The notes under the pieces are model-generated. The model made no database searches. It was not told the DNA's origin and was given only the letters and a program-made list of their open reading frames with translations. The position numbers and the translations under genes are program-made. This document shows positions 38,596 to 47,737 of a stretch of 58,732 nucleotides of DNA, piece after piece. Each line of letters starts with the position of its first letter. Position 1 is the first letter of the stretch. The stretch covers positions 1 through 58,732 of the forward strand of contig DAOOUZ010000001.1 in NCBI GenBank assembly GCA_035369785.1. Direction: 5' to 3'. The stretch comes from Candidatus Cryosericum sp. (lineage in GTDB: Bacteria; Caldisericota; Caldisericia; Cryosericales; Cryosericaceae).

Positions 38596-40422
38596 ATGTG
38601 CGGTATTATTGGCTACGTGGGGCCACGCAAGGTCGTTCCTGTCATTCTGGGAGGGCTCCACAAACTGGAGTATCGAGGCTATGACTCTGCAGGAATGGCA
38701 ATCCTCGAGAAGGGGGAGGTGGTCGTTGTCAAGAGGCGCGGCAAGCTGAGGGAGCTGGAAGAAGCCGTCGCTGGAATAGACTACACGGCAACTACCGGCA
38801 TGGGTCATACCAGGTGGGCGACCCACGGCAAGGTCGAGGATAGGAACGCTCATCCTCATCTGGATTGCAAGGGACAACTTGCGGTCATTCATAACGGCAT
38901 TATCGAGAACTATGAAGCGCTCCGCCAGGACCTTGTGAAGCGGGGCCACGTGTTTGTTTCTGACACGGACAGTGAAGTGATTGCTCACCTGATGGAGGAG
39001 CAGGTGGCCGGGGGCGCCGACCTGCTGGATGCTGCCCGCGCGACGGCACTGCAACTGGATGGGGCATTCGCGTTTCTAGTACTTGGGAAGGCATTCCCTG
39101 GTCGCATTGTCGCAATACGGAAACTTTCGCCGCTCGTCCTGGGCGTAGGAGACGGGGAGATGGTGCTGGGTTCGGACACTCCGGCACTGCTGGACTATAC
39201 TCATCGCATCATTCCCCTGCGTGATGGTGACGTTGTCGAGATCAACGAGCATGGGTATGCCTTCTACACGCTGGCGGACGGCACTCCGCTTGAGCGTGCG
39301 CCCATGATGGTTCAGTGGAACGCCTCGGCGGCAGAGAAGCAGGGTTTCAAGCACTTCATGCTGAAGGAGATTCATGAACAGCCGGTGGTGATTCGCGACA
39401 CGCTCTACGGCCGCATTGACGTTGATTCGGGGCGTGTTGACCTGCAGGAGTTCCGAGACGAGCCTGTTCCTGAGCGCGTGTCTATCGTGGCTGCAGGCAC
39501 TTCGTATCATGCTGCCCGGGTGGGGAAGTACCTGCTCGAAGAACTGGCCCGAATTCCGACGGACGTCAGCTTCAGCAGTGAATACCGCTATCAGCGGCCC
39601 ATCTTCCAGCCAGGAACCATGGGAATTGCCGTGACTCAGTCAGGAGAGACCATTGATACGCTGGCGGCACTGCGGCTACAGCGCAGTCTCGGAGCGAAAG
39701 TCGTGGCCATCACGAACCGTCCGGAGAGTACTGTTGCCCGCGAGTCTGACATAACGTTTGTCACACAGGCAGGGATTGAAATCGGTGTAGCGGCGACAAA
39801 GTCATTCATGGCCCAGCTCATCGCATTCTATCTGATCGCCCTTGACTTCGGGCAGCGAAATGGAACACTCAGTTCCGAAGCCTCTGCCCATTGCGCATCC
39901 CAGTTGTCCAGCCTGAGTCAGAAGTGTGAACAGGTGCTCGAGTACACCGGGATCATGGAAACGATCGCACGCAAGTTCTACAAAGTGCACGACATGATCT
40001 ACGTCGGCCGCGGGGTCAACTATCCGATGGCTCTTGAAGGTGCCCTTAAGATGAAGGAAATCAGCTACATCCACGCCGAAGGGTATGCAGCGGGGGAGCT
40101 TAAACATGGACCGATTGCCCTCCTTGACCAGGACGTACCTGTCGTTGGCATCCTTCCGCAGGGACCGCTGTACGAGAAAGTCTACTCGAACCTGCAGGAG
40201 TCCATTGCCCGGGACTCTCCCCTCGTTGTGCTGGGCGACAAGAAGGACAGGCGGGCGCAGGGAATCGCCACTGATTTCATCCCGATGCCCACCGTTGATG
40301 AGCTGTTTTCGCCGGTGGTCTATGCGTTGCCCCTGCAACTGTTGGCTTATTACACGGCCGATGCGAAGGGGCTGGACGTCGACCAGCCGCGGAATCTTGC
40401 AAAGAGCGTAACGGTAGAGTAG
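38596..40422 (+). CDS. glmS: Glutamine-fructose-6-phosphate aminotransferase
   Basis: MCGIIG, LEYRGYDSAG, GHTRWATHG, HNGIIEN, PRNLAKSVTVE. Confidence 0.98.
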   Translation: MCGIIGYVGPRKVVPVILGGLHKLEYRGYDSAGMAILEKGEVVVVKRRGKLRELEEAVAGIDYTATTGMGHTRWATHGKVEDRNAHPHLDCKGQLAVIHNGIIENYEALRQDLVKRGHVFVSDTDSEVIAHLMEEQVAGGADLLDAARATALQLDGAFAFLVLGKAFPGRIVAIRKLSPLVLGVGDGEMVLGSDTPALLDYTHRIIPLRDGDVVEINEHGYAFYTLADGTPLERAPMMVQWNASAAEKQGFKHFMLKEIHEQPVVIRDTLYGRIDVDSGRVDLQEFRDEPVPERVSIVAAGTSYHAARVGKYLLEELARIPTDVSFSSEYRYQRPIFQPGTMGIAVTQSGETIDTLAALRLQRSLGAKVVAITNRPESTVARESDITFVTQAGIEIGVAATKSFMAQLIAFYLIALDFGQRNGTLSSEASAHCASQLSSLSQKCEQVLEYTGIMETIARKFYKVHDMIYVGRGVNYPMALEGALKMKEISYIHAEGYAAGELKHGPIALLDQDVPVVGILPQGPLYEKVYSNLQESIARDSPLVVLGDKKDRRAQGIATDFIPMPTVDELFSPVVYALPLQLLAYYTADAKGLDVDQPRNLAKSVTVE

Positions 40423-40460
40423 CTGGAAGCGTTTTTTCTGGCACTGTGGGCGAGGCAGGC

Positions 40461-40489
40461 TTGTCCACACCCAGCCTTTTGGGTATACT
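40461..40489 (+). promoter_or_regulatory. Sigma70-type promoter of tRNA-Arg
   Basis: TTGTCC-17 nt-TATACT, 9 nt before the tRNA. Confidence 0.6.
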
Positions 40490-40498
40490 GCAACGTGC

Positions 40499-40575
40499 GC
40501 GCCCGTGGCCCAACTGGATAGGGCGATGGCCTCCGGAGCCGTAGATTACAGGTTCAAGTCCTGTCGGGCGCACCA
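40499..40575 (+). tRNA. tRNA-Arg(CCG)
   Basis: GCGCCCGTGGCCCAACTGGATAGGGCG ATGGC-CT CCG GA-GCCGT ...GGTTCAAGTCC...CGGGCGCACCA, 77 nt. Confidence 0.97.
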
Positions 40576-40629
40576 GTCCTGGGATCCATTCTCTCCAATA
40601 AGCCATCGTTCTGCTTCGTCTACGGTCTT

Positions 40630-40941
40630 TCAGACGTGGAACGTTGTACCATGGTTTGACTCCAGAGCGAACTCTTGAAAGCGTGGGGATGTGCTCTCGA
40701 CGTCGAGAACAGCGACCGCAGGTATTCCATAGTCTTCCAGCTTCTGGACAACCACTCCGGCAATTCGTTTTGACAAGTGCAGAAACTGTGGCAAGAGGCA
40801 GTCCGTGGGCAACATGGCGAGATTTGTGCCATGTTCGATACAGGCAGCAACGAGTGCCAGCCCATCCTGCTCTGCCGCCACCTCTCCATCTGTTACCTTC
40901 ACGTAAACCTTGCCCTCCTTTTCGACTCGCTGAACGTTCAT
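40630..40941 (-). CDS. DUF4180-like protein, probably truncated by an in-frame TGA
   Basis: F..LS.RIAG...QKL..Y, F.EFA.ESN.G; the frame continues past TGA as KTVDEAERWL. Confidence 0.75.
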   Translation of the reverse strand: MNVQRVEKEGKVYVKVTDGEVAAEQDGLALVAACIEHGTNLAMLPTDCLLPQFLHLSKRIAGVVVQKLEDYGIPAVAVLDVESTSPRFQEFALESNHGTTFHV

Positions 40942-41300
40942 GTCTTTCACCTCGCCCCTGATTACTGCATACTTGCAATAAGAAAGCATTCTAGCATGGC
41001 GGCTTGTCCGGCCGAGTGTCCGAATGACGGGCGCCCGAGGTATTCATGAAAGAGACAGTCGGGCAGCATCACCAGGTGTGAGGCGAGGCCGTTGCAGGTA
41101 CTGACTGCTGGGCTGGACACTGCAGGCCAGTGCGGTCCATCGTGGTGTACCAGAAAACACTGCAAGGCGCAGGCTGGTTGACGGCGATCGGTCGGCGCGC
41201 ACTGCGCCCCACACAAGAACTGAGAATCGGTCCACACTTGCCGGGTGTTGTTTGCGTGTATAATGAGGACCGTTGTCGTTTCAGGATCATAGGAGTCGTT

Positions 41301-43892
41301 GTGAAGAAGCTTGTAATTGCAGAGAAACCGAGTGTTGCTGAGCAACTTGCCGCAGTCGTTGATCGGTGCAAGAAGACGCGCGACTACTACGAAGGTGAGG
41401 ACTATATCGTTTCGTGGGCTGTCGGCCACCTTGTGGGCCTGGCTGAGCCCGAGGAATATGACAAGAAGTACAAACAGTGGCTGCTGTCAAATCTGCCGAT
41501 CATTCCGGAGCGCTTCCGCTTCGCAATTCTTGATGGTGCGGAGCAGCGGTTCGCAGTGCTCAAGAAACTCATGGCATCAAAGGACGTCGACGAGATTATC
41601 AACGCATGTGATGCCGGCCGGGAAGGCGAGTTGATTTTTCGCAACATCTACGTCCAGGCTGGATCTCGGAAGCCTGCTTCACGTCTGTGGCTTTCTTCGT
41701 ACACTGAGGAGAGTATTCGAGACGGGTTTCGCAAGCTGAGGCCGGAAACAGAGTACGACGACCTGGGCAGGGCGGCGCTGGCGCGCTCGGAGGCAGACTG
41801 GCTCGTCGGAATCAATGCCACGCGTGGCCTCACCCGGAGGAATGGCTCTCTCGTCACCATCGGGCGCGTTCAGACTCCTGTCCTTGGATTGATAGCCAAA
41901 CGCGAGAAGGAGATTCAGGCCTTTACTCCTGCACCGTACTATGAGATTGCGGCGGAGTTCAAGGCACTGCCGAATGGAGAACCGGTGTATCAAGGCGTGT
42001 GGCACCGCGGGTCCCAGACCAGGCTGGACGACGAGCACGAGGCGGAAACCATTCTGGCAAGGTGTCGTGGACACAAGGGGCGTATCGCCTCCGTCGAGCA
42101 AAAGGAGAGCAGAGCGCCTGTCCCGTATCTCTACGACCTGGGACTGCTGCAGCGTGAAGCAAATGTCCTCAACGGGCTGAGCGCCAGCAGAACCCTGCGT
42201 GCTGCTCAAGCCCTGTACGAAGAGAAGCGCGCCATCACCTATCCGCGCACGGACAGCAAGTTCCTTCCGAAGGCTCTGCGGAAAGAAGTCGCCCATATTC
42301 TAGGCGAAATGAGCAGGGATGAGTATGCCCCCTACGTGCAACATGCCCTCCGGGAAGGGTGGAGCATGCGTTCGTTCGCCTTCAACGATGAGAAGGTTAC
42401 GGACCACTACGCTATCATACCAACCGGTACGCGTGTTGAACGCAAGGCGCTGACGCACGATGAGTCTATCGTCTACGACCTGGTGGTACGCAGGTTCATC
42501 GAACAGTTCTACCCGGAAGCGGTGTTCCTCCTGACGCGCGTCGAGACTGTTGTTCAGGACGAAACGTTTGGCACGGACGGAAGAGTCGTGCAAAGCAAGG
42601 GCTGGATGGAAGTCGCGCCTGGCGAGGCGGACGTCAAGGATTTGCCCGCATTGACTCAGGGCATGGCCGTCGAGGCATTCAGGATGGAAGTGGAACACAA
42701 GTTGACGAAACCCCCTCAGCACTTCACCGACGCATCGATTATTGCCGCCATGGAAACCGCAGGCAAACTCGTGGACGACGAAGAGTTGGCGGAAGCCATG
42801 CGGGAGAGGGGACTGGGAACCCCGGCGACGCGAGCAGAGATCATCGAGAAACTCATTCGCACGGGCGTCGTCGAGCGGAAGGCAAGAAGTCTCATGGCCA
42901 CGCGTCGGGGCATCGACCTTATCGACCTGCTCGAAACGATCCAATTGGCCGAACTGGTGGCTCCAGACCTGACTGGCGACTGGGAAATGAACCTGCGCAA
43001 GATAGAGAAAGGTGCGTTGAGCGACGAAGAGTTCCTTGCAAGGATACGGGAGTTCACACGCCAGATGGTCGACAAGATAAAGGCCTACGAGGTGGTGACT
43101 CAGATTGGCGTTGAGTCGACGGAGCCGCTGGGCGTGTGCCCTCTCTGTGGGGGAAATGTTGTGGAACGTCCTGCCTCATACGTCTGTGAACATCATGGAC
43201 GCAAAAAGACAGACTGCAAGTTCAGCATCCCCAAGGTGATCCTGAAGAGGCCTCTCAGCAGGGAGGAAGCCTCTCAGCTGATTCGAGAGAAGAGAACGGA
43301 CATGCTGGACGGGTTCGTGAGCAGGCGCGGGTTCAAGTTCAGTGCTCGTCTTCTGCTGACGGCTGGCAACAAGCTCGAATGGGAGTTTGCCAACGGACCG
43401 GCTGGCGCTTCCGCCGAGGAGCCGGTGGTCAATGCAGAGCCACTCGGACGCTGTCCGATATGTCAGGGTTCCGTCATCGAGACGAGCGGCCACTACAGGT
43501 GTGCTGAAACCGGGTGCCGGTTCCAGATGAAGAAGGTGTACGCAGGCAAGACCATCGACCGTGAAACGGTCCGCAAGCTTCTTGAAACCGGAAAGACTGA
43601 CCTCATTGAGGACTTCGTTTCGCGCTACAATCGGCCCTTCTCGGCGTATCTGAAGCTGGGCGATGGAGGCAAGGCAGAGTTCGAGTTTCTGAACAGGGAG
43701 CGCACGAACAGGCAACGGGCCACTCTTCGGTCAGGGCGCTCAGCGGCAGTTAGTGCACGAGGTTCCCGTAGCGAGGATTCTGCACACGTTGCAACGAAGA
43801 CATCGGTTGAGAAGAAGGGGCGAGGGTCTGTCCATGTCCCTCCAGAAAAAACGCCGAAGAAGAAATCCAATCGCAGGGGTGGTGTATCATGA
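41301..43892 (+). CDS. topB: DNA topoisomerase III with C-terminal Zn-ribbon/toprim repeats
   Basis: IAEKPSVA, NACDAGREGELIF, ADWLVGINATR, GRVQTP, ITYPRTDS, GLGTPATRA, GFVSRRGFKFSA.L. Confidence 0.93.
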   Translation: MKKLVIAEKPSVAEQLAAVVDRCKKTRDYYEGEDYIVSWAVGHLVGLAEPEEYDKKYKQWLLSNLPIIPERFRFAILDGAEQRFAVLKKLMASKDVDEIINACDAGREGELIFRNIYVQAGSRKPASRLWLSSYTEESIRDGFRKLRPETEYDDLGRAALARSEADWLVGINATRGLTRRNGSLVTIGRVQTPVLGLIAKREKEIQAFTPAPYYEIAAEFKALPNGEPVYQGVWHRGSQTRLDDEHEAETILARCRGHKGRIASVEQKESRAPVPYLYDLGLLQREANVLNGLSASRTLRAAQALYEEKRAITYPRTDSKFLPKALRKEVAHILGEMSRDEYAPYVQHALREGWSMRSFAFNDEKVTDHYAIIPTGTRVERKALTHDESIVYDLVVRRFIEQFYPEAVFLLTRVETVVQDETFGTDGRVVQSKGWMEVAPGEADVKDLPALTQGMAVEAFRMEVEHKLTKPPQHFTDASIIAAMETAGKLVDDEELAEAMRERGLGTPATRAEIIEKLIRTGVVERKARSLMATRRGIDLIDLLETIQLAELVAPDLTGDWEMNLRKIEKGALSDEEFLARIREFTRQMVDKIKAYEVVTQIGVESTEPLGVCPLCGGNVVERPASYVCEHHGRKKTDCKFSIPKVILKRPLSREEASQLIREKRTDMLDGFVSRRGFKFSARLLLTAGNKLEWEFANGPAGASAEEPVVNAEPLGRCPICQGSVIETSGHYRCAETGCRFQMKKVYAGKTIDRETVRKLLETGKTDLIEDFVSRYNRPFSAYLKLGDGGKAEFEFLNRERTNRQRATLRSGRSAAVSARGSRSEDSAHVATKTSVEKKGRGSVHVPPEKTPKKKSNRRGGVS

Positions 43893-44404
43893 TGACATTC
43901 CGGGACATGTTCACTGTTGAGTTCTTCATCTACTTTGCGTTTGCAGCCCTGTCGATTGCCGGACTCGTACTCGCTGTGTCCTACCGTCGTGTCAAGGGCA
44001 CCAAGGCAAGTCTGTTCCTGCTCCTGACGGCTGCGCTCATGGCGTCCTACTTTACCATTCAGTGGGTGCTGAACAGCTTCGTGGTATTCCTCCTCAACAA
44101 CTACTGGGTCAATCATCCGGACTTTCAGCTGGCATCGTGGGTGAGCACTGCTCTCAACGTTCTGGGGCTCGTGCTAAACTACGGGTTCGTCATCATGCTC
44201 GGCCTGACCACGTGGTCTGCCATCAGGCAGGCTCGGCAGGAGGCGGTAGCACCGTGTGTCTCCGAGACTGCTGTGGTTGGCGAACTGGACATCAAGGGCG
44301 CGGAGGGTATGGGCGACGAGGCTGCCTCCAGCGCCGGTGCTCCTGGCTCGGGTAGCGAGGAGGAGGATTCGTCCGACGCTCCACATACAGGCCAAGAGGG
44401 ATAG
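43889..44404 (+). CDS. Hypothetical membrane protein (about 3 TM, acidic tail)
   Basis: ATGA overlap with topB; hydrophobic helices. Confidence 0.7.
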   Translation: MMTFRDMFTVEFFIYFAFAALSIAGLVLAVSYRRVKGTKASLFLLLTAALMASYFTIQWVLNSFVVFLLNNYWVNHPDFQLASWVSTALNVLGLVLNYGFVIMLGLTTWSAIRQARQEAVAPCVSETAVVGELDIKGAEGMGDEAASSAGAPGSGSEEEDSSDAPHTGQEG

Positions 44405-44407
44405 TGC

Positions 44408-44959
44408 ATGGATCGCGACGAGCTTTTCCTGGTCGTTGCTGAACGCATGCCCTCCGCCAACCTGCTCCATCATGTGCAGGCGGTAGAGGCTATCATGCGG
44501 GGGCTAGCTGCGCATCTTGGTGAAGATGTGGACAAGTGGGGTCTTGCAGGGCTTCTCCATGACATTGACTACCAGGAGACGAAAGACAAACCCAATCTGC
44601 ACGGCGTCGTTGCAGCCGAGGAACTCCGCCTCATGGGCGTTTCGGATGAGATTTGCTACGCGGTGCGTGTCCACAACCCGTTGCTAGGCCTGCCCCGCAG
44701 GAGCCTTATGGACAAGGCGCTGTATGCAGCAGATCCACTTTCAGGGCTTATTGTGGCTTGTGCACTTGTCACTCGGGACAAGAAGCTTGCAGATGTGGAC
44801 ACTGACTTTGTCATGATGCGCTTCAAGGAGAAGAGGTTTGCAGCGGGGGCTCATCGCGACCAGATTCTTGCGTGTCAGGAACTGGGGCTGGACCTGTATG
44901 CATTTGCAGGCATTGGTTTGCGCTCCATGAAGGCAGTTGCAGAGCAGATAGGTTTGTAG
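44408..44959 (+). CDS. HD/HDIG domain hydrolase
   Basis: L..H...VEA.MR.LA, W...GLLHDIDY, L.AAD..SGLI.A, F.EK.FAAG..R. Confidence 0.9.
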   Translation: MDRDELFLVVAERMPSANLLHHVQAVEAIMRGLAAHLGEDVDKWGLAGLLHDIDYQETKDKPNLHGVVAAEELRLMGVSDEICYAVRVHNPLLGLPRRSLMDKALYAADPLSGLIVACALVTRDKKLADVDTDFVMMRFKEKRFAAGAHRDQILACQELGLDLYAFAGIGLRSMKAVAEQIGL

Positions 44960-44988
44960 CGTTCTCACGTTGTCGGAGTGCTGGTGTC

Positions 44989-45017
44989 AAGCCCGTCAGA
45001 CGACGGGCTTTCTGTTT
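44989..45017 (+). terminator. Rho-independent terminator
   Basis: AAGCCCGTC-AGAC-GACGGGCTT followed by TCTGTTT. Confidence 0.7.
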
Positions 45018-45111
45018 GTGTGCAACCGCGGTATACTTCGTTGGTAAGTACTCCAGGGCGCGTACCTTTCTCCGGCGCTTACCAAACTACAAACAGACGG
45101 GAGGCATATCA

Positions 45112-46320
45112 ATGGCAGTGAACGCGGCGGAGTTGTTTTCAGATCGAGCACGAGGATTCAGGGCATCGGAAATTCGTGAGCTTCTCAAGCTGGTCGACAG
45201 TCCTGAGATCATCTCCCTTGCAGGAGGCATGCCTGACGATCGCTTCTTCCCCTTGGATCGCATGACCGAGGCGAGCACATTTGCACTCAAGGAGTATGGC
45301 AACAAGGCGCTCCAGTATGGTTCTACCGAAGGCATCAAGAAGCTGCGGGTGCTGCTCATGGACCGCATGGAAAAGGAGGGGGTTCGGGGGCTCGACCTCG
45401 ACAACGTCATCATCTCTACTGCTTCTCAGCAGGGGCTCAGCCTGGTCGCCCAGGTCTTCATCAATCCGGGGGATACGGTCATTGTCGAGGAGCCTTCGTA
45501 TCTGGGAGCCCTTCAGGCATGTGTCAGCATGCAGGCGGAGTTCTGTTCCGTTCCACTGGATCAGGACGGCATGCAGATGGACGTGCTGGAAGACAAGCTG
45601 AAGGAACTGCAGAAGGCGCACATCCGTCCAAAGTTCCTGTATACGGTTCCGAACTTTCACAACCCGGCCGGCGTCACGATGTGCCTTGAGCGTCGAAAGA
45701 AGCTCCTTGAGCTGGCCGAGAGATACGGGTTCCTCATCGTTGAAGACGACCCCTATGGGGAGATACGGTTCGAGGGTGAGCCGTTGCCATCACTGCTCGC
45801 TCTTGGAGGCCTTGAGCACGTCATCGGGTTGAGGACGTTCTCCAAGATCAGCTTTCCGGGCCTCCGCCTCGGGTGGATCGTGGCCCGCGAAGATGTCATG
45901 AACAAGATTATTGTTGGGAAGCAGGCTGCAGATCTATGCTCGCCAGCACTGACCCAGTACATCGCCTACGAGTTCATCAACCGAGGCTGGATGGACGAGT
46001 ATCTCGAAGTCGTCCGCCGCGAGTACCCGAAGAAGAAAGACGCCATGATCGAGGCCCTGAAGATGTACTTCCCAAGTTCGGCGACATGGACTGACCCTCA
46101 GGGAGGACTCTTTGTCTGGGCGAAGACTCCTGAGGGTATCGATACTCAGGCGATGTTCACAGAAGCGATCAGCAAGAAAGTTGCCTATGTTGTGGGCGTT
46201 GCATTCTATCCACGCAGAGATGACAACAGCCATATGCGACTGAATTTCTCTGCCGTTGACCCGGAACACATCACGGAAGGTGTCCACCGGCTCGGAGACC
46301 TTCTGAAGTCCAAGCTGTAA
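45112..46320 (+). CDS. Class I PLP-dependent aminotransferase (LysN/aromatic type)
   Basis: SEIRELLK, ISLAGG.P, PNFHNPAG, EDDPYGE, TFSKI..PGLRLGW, RLNFS. Confidence 0.92.
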   Translation: MAVNAAELFSDRARGFRASEIRELLKLVDSPEIISLAGGMPDDRFFPLDRMTEASTFALKEYGNKALQYGSTEGIKKLRVLLMDRMEKEGVRGLDLDNVIISTASQQGLSLVAQVFINPGDTVIVEEPSYLGALQACVSMQAEFCSVPLDQDGMQMDVLEDKLKELQKAHIRPKFLYTVPNFHNPAGVTMCLERRKKLLELAERYGFLIVEDDPYGEIRFEGEPLPSLLALGGLEHVIGLRTFSKISFPGLRLGWIVAREDVMNKIIVGKQAADLCSPALTQYIAYEFINRGWMDEYLEVVRREYPKKKDAMIEALKMYFPSSATWTDPQGGLFVWAKTPEGIDTQAMFTEAISKKVAYVVGVAFYPRRDDNSHMRLNFSAVDPEHITEGVHRLGDLLKSKL

Positions 46321-46391
46321 GCTTTCCTTCTTGTCACTCTCGCAGCCATTTGCGTGTGGCTGCGGGAGTGACGTGGCGCTGGTTCGAACGG

Positions 46392-47165
46392 TCAGGATCC
46401 CTTGAACACCGGGCAGGCGCCCCTATAGTCACATGAAAAGCACTTCGCGCCAACTCTGGTGCGAAAGTCGCCACTCGCAATCTTCTTCGCAGTTCTCTCG
46501 ACGAACACCAGCGACTGAGCCATGCAGTTTTCTGCTCCGTCATCCAGTTCAGCTTTCAGGTTCTCGCGAAGATAGTAGGTCTGCAGAATGAAGTGGCTCC
46601 CCTGGAACTCCGGGCTCTGATTCAGAGCCGAGGCATACAGCGCAACTTGGAGACGGTGGAGCGACAGTGTCACGGCATGGCGTGGACGACCGGATTTGTA
46701 GTCTACGACGCGGACCGTCCCGTTGCTGACGCGATCGATTCGGTCGACGATTCCCGTGAAGGGAACACCCCGAAAGGATGCGGTCACGACATGTTCGGCG
46801 TACATGGTCTGCTGCCACGTGGACCTGAATACTGGCATGTAGGCGGACAGAACACGCAGCGCACGACGCTTTTCACGCTGTTCTTGTACGGGCGAAGTGA
46901 ATCCACGGGAGGACCAGCTCTCATCCAGCAGGTCTGCAAGAGACACAGGGAACAGAGCCTCGTCGTCAGGATAGAACAACCCGTCTTCTCTGACCTTGCA
47001 CAGAAGCAGTTTCTCGAGAACCGCGTGAACACTCTTGCCATAGCTGAAGTACCAGTGCTGAGGCTCCTCGAGCTTCCGAATGTACCGGAGCTCGAACTTT
47101 TGCGGACAGTCGTGATACGTGGCCAGCCTGGAGTAGCTCAGCGGTTCTGCAAACGTGTCTTCCAA
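46392..47165 (-). CDS. PD-(D/E)XK nuclease (RecB/AddB/Cas4-like, four Cys)
   Basis: LSYSRL..Y..CP, G..VH..LE, GIVDRID, VVDYKSG, Q...YA, CFSCDY...CP. Confidence 0.88.
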   Translation of the reverse strand: MEDTFAEPLSYSRLATYHDCPQKFELRYIRKLEEPQHWYFSYGKSVHAVLEKLLLCKVREDGLFYPDDEALFPVSLADLLDESWSSRGFTSPVQEQREKRRALRVLSAYMPVFRSTWQQTMYAEHVVTASFRGVPFTGIVDRIDRVSNGTVRVVDYKSGRPRHAVTLSLHRLQVALYASALNQSPEFQGSHFILQTYYLRENLKAELDDGAENCMAQSLVFVERTAKKIASGDFRTRVGAKCFSCDYRGACPVFKGS

Positions 47166-47737
47166 AGATCCTCTACCTGTCTGCGCGTTGCCTCTATGTC
47201 TGTGGTGTTGTCAATGACCACGTCTGCACGGGCAAGTTTGGACTTCAACGGCATCTGAGCCTCGATACGGCTCATAGCCTCTCTGTAGGGAAGGTGGTCA
47301 CGTGTCATCAACCGTTGCAGCTGTTCGTTCTTGGAGGCCCGGACCACCCATACCTCATCGACGAGTTCCTGCCATCCAGCTTCAATGAGAATCGCTGCAT
47401 CCAGAACGACCACGTCGAATGTCGCATGCAGTGCGTGCAGCTGTTGTGCAACTATGCGAGTCATGACTGGCACAGTGATGCTGTTCAACTGCTCGAGCAA
47501 GGATGAATTGCTGAAGACAAGATTACCCAGCGCGTGCCGGTTGAGTTGTCCCCCTTCAAAGAGCCGGTCGCCAAAGGCGGCACGTACCTTGTCGAGCGAT
47601 CCATCGATGTTGGCCGCGAGCACATGCTTGCCAATGAGGTCGGCATCGACAACGCCCGCGCCAAGTTCCCGCATGATGCCGGCTACCATGCTCTTCCCGG
47701 ACGCGATATTGCCGGTCAGACCAATGTCGACTGTCAC
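47138..47737 (-). CDS. coaE: Dephospho-CoA kinase
   Basis: IGLTGNIASGKS, DAD, L...VF, RI.AQM, AD.VIDN. Confidence 0.95.
   Translation of the reverse strand: MTVDIGLTGNIASGKSMVAGIMRELGAGVVDADLIGKHVLAANIDGSLDKVRAAFGDRLFEGGQLNRHALGNLVFSNSSLLEQLNSITVPVMTRIVAQQLHALHATFDVVVLDAAILIEAGWQELVDEVWVVRASKNEQLQRLMTRDHLPYREAMSRIEAQMPLKSKLARADVVIDNTTDIEATRRQVEDLWKTRLQNR

Noticed and set aside
37090-38596. glmS ribozyme
   Set aside because: Only 1 nt separates glmM and glmS, and no ribozyme core is visible before glmM.
40942-41300. Structured RNA in the 360-bp intergenic region
   Set aside because: Only short scattered complementarities; no family recognisable by eye. An Rfam scan would settle it.
46392-47165. 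Nuclease as CRISPR-associated Cas4
   Set aside because: No cas1, cas2 or array nearby; housekeeping context.
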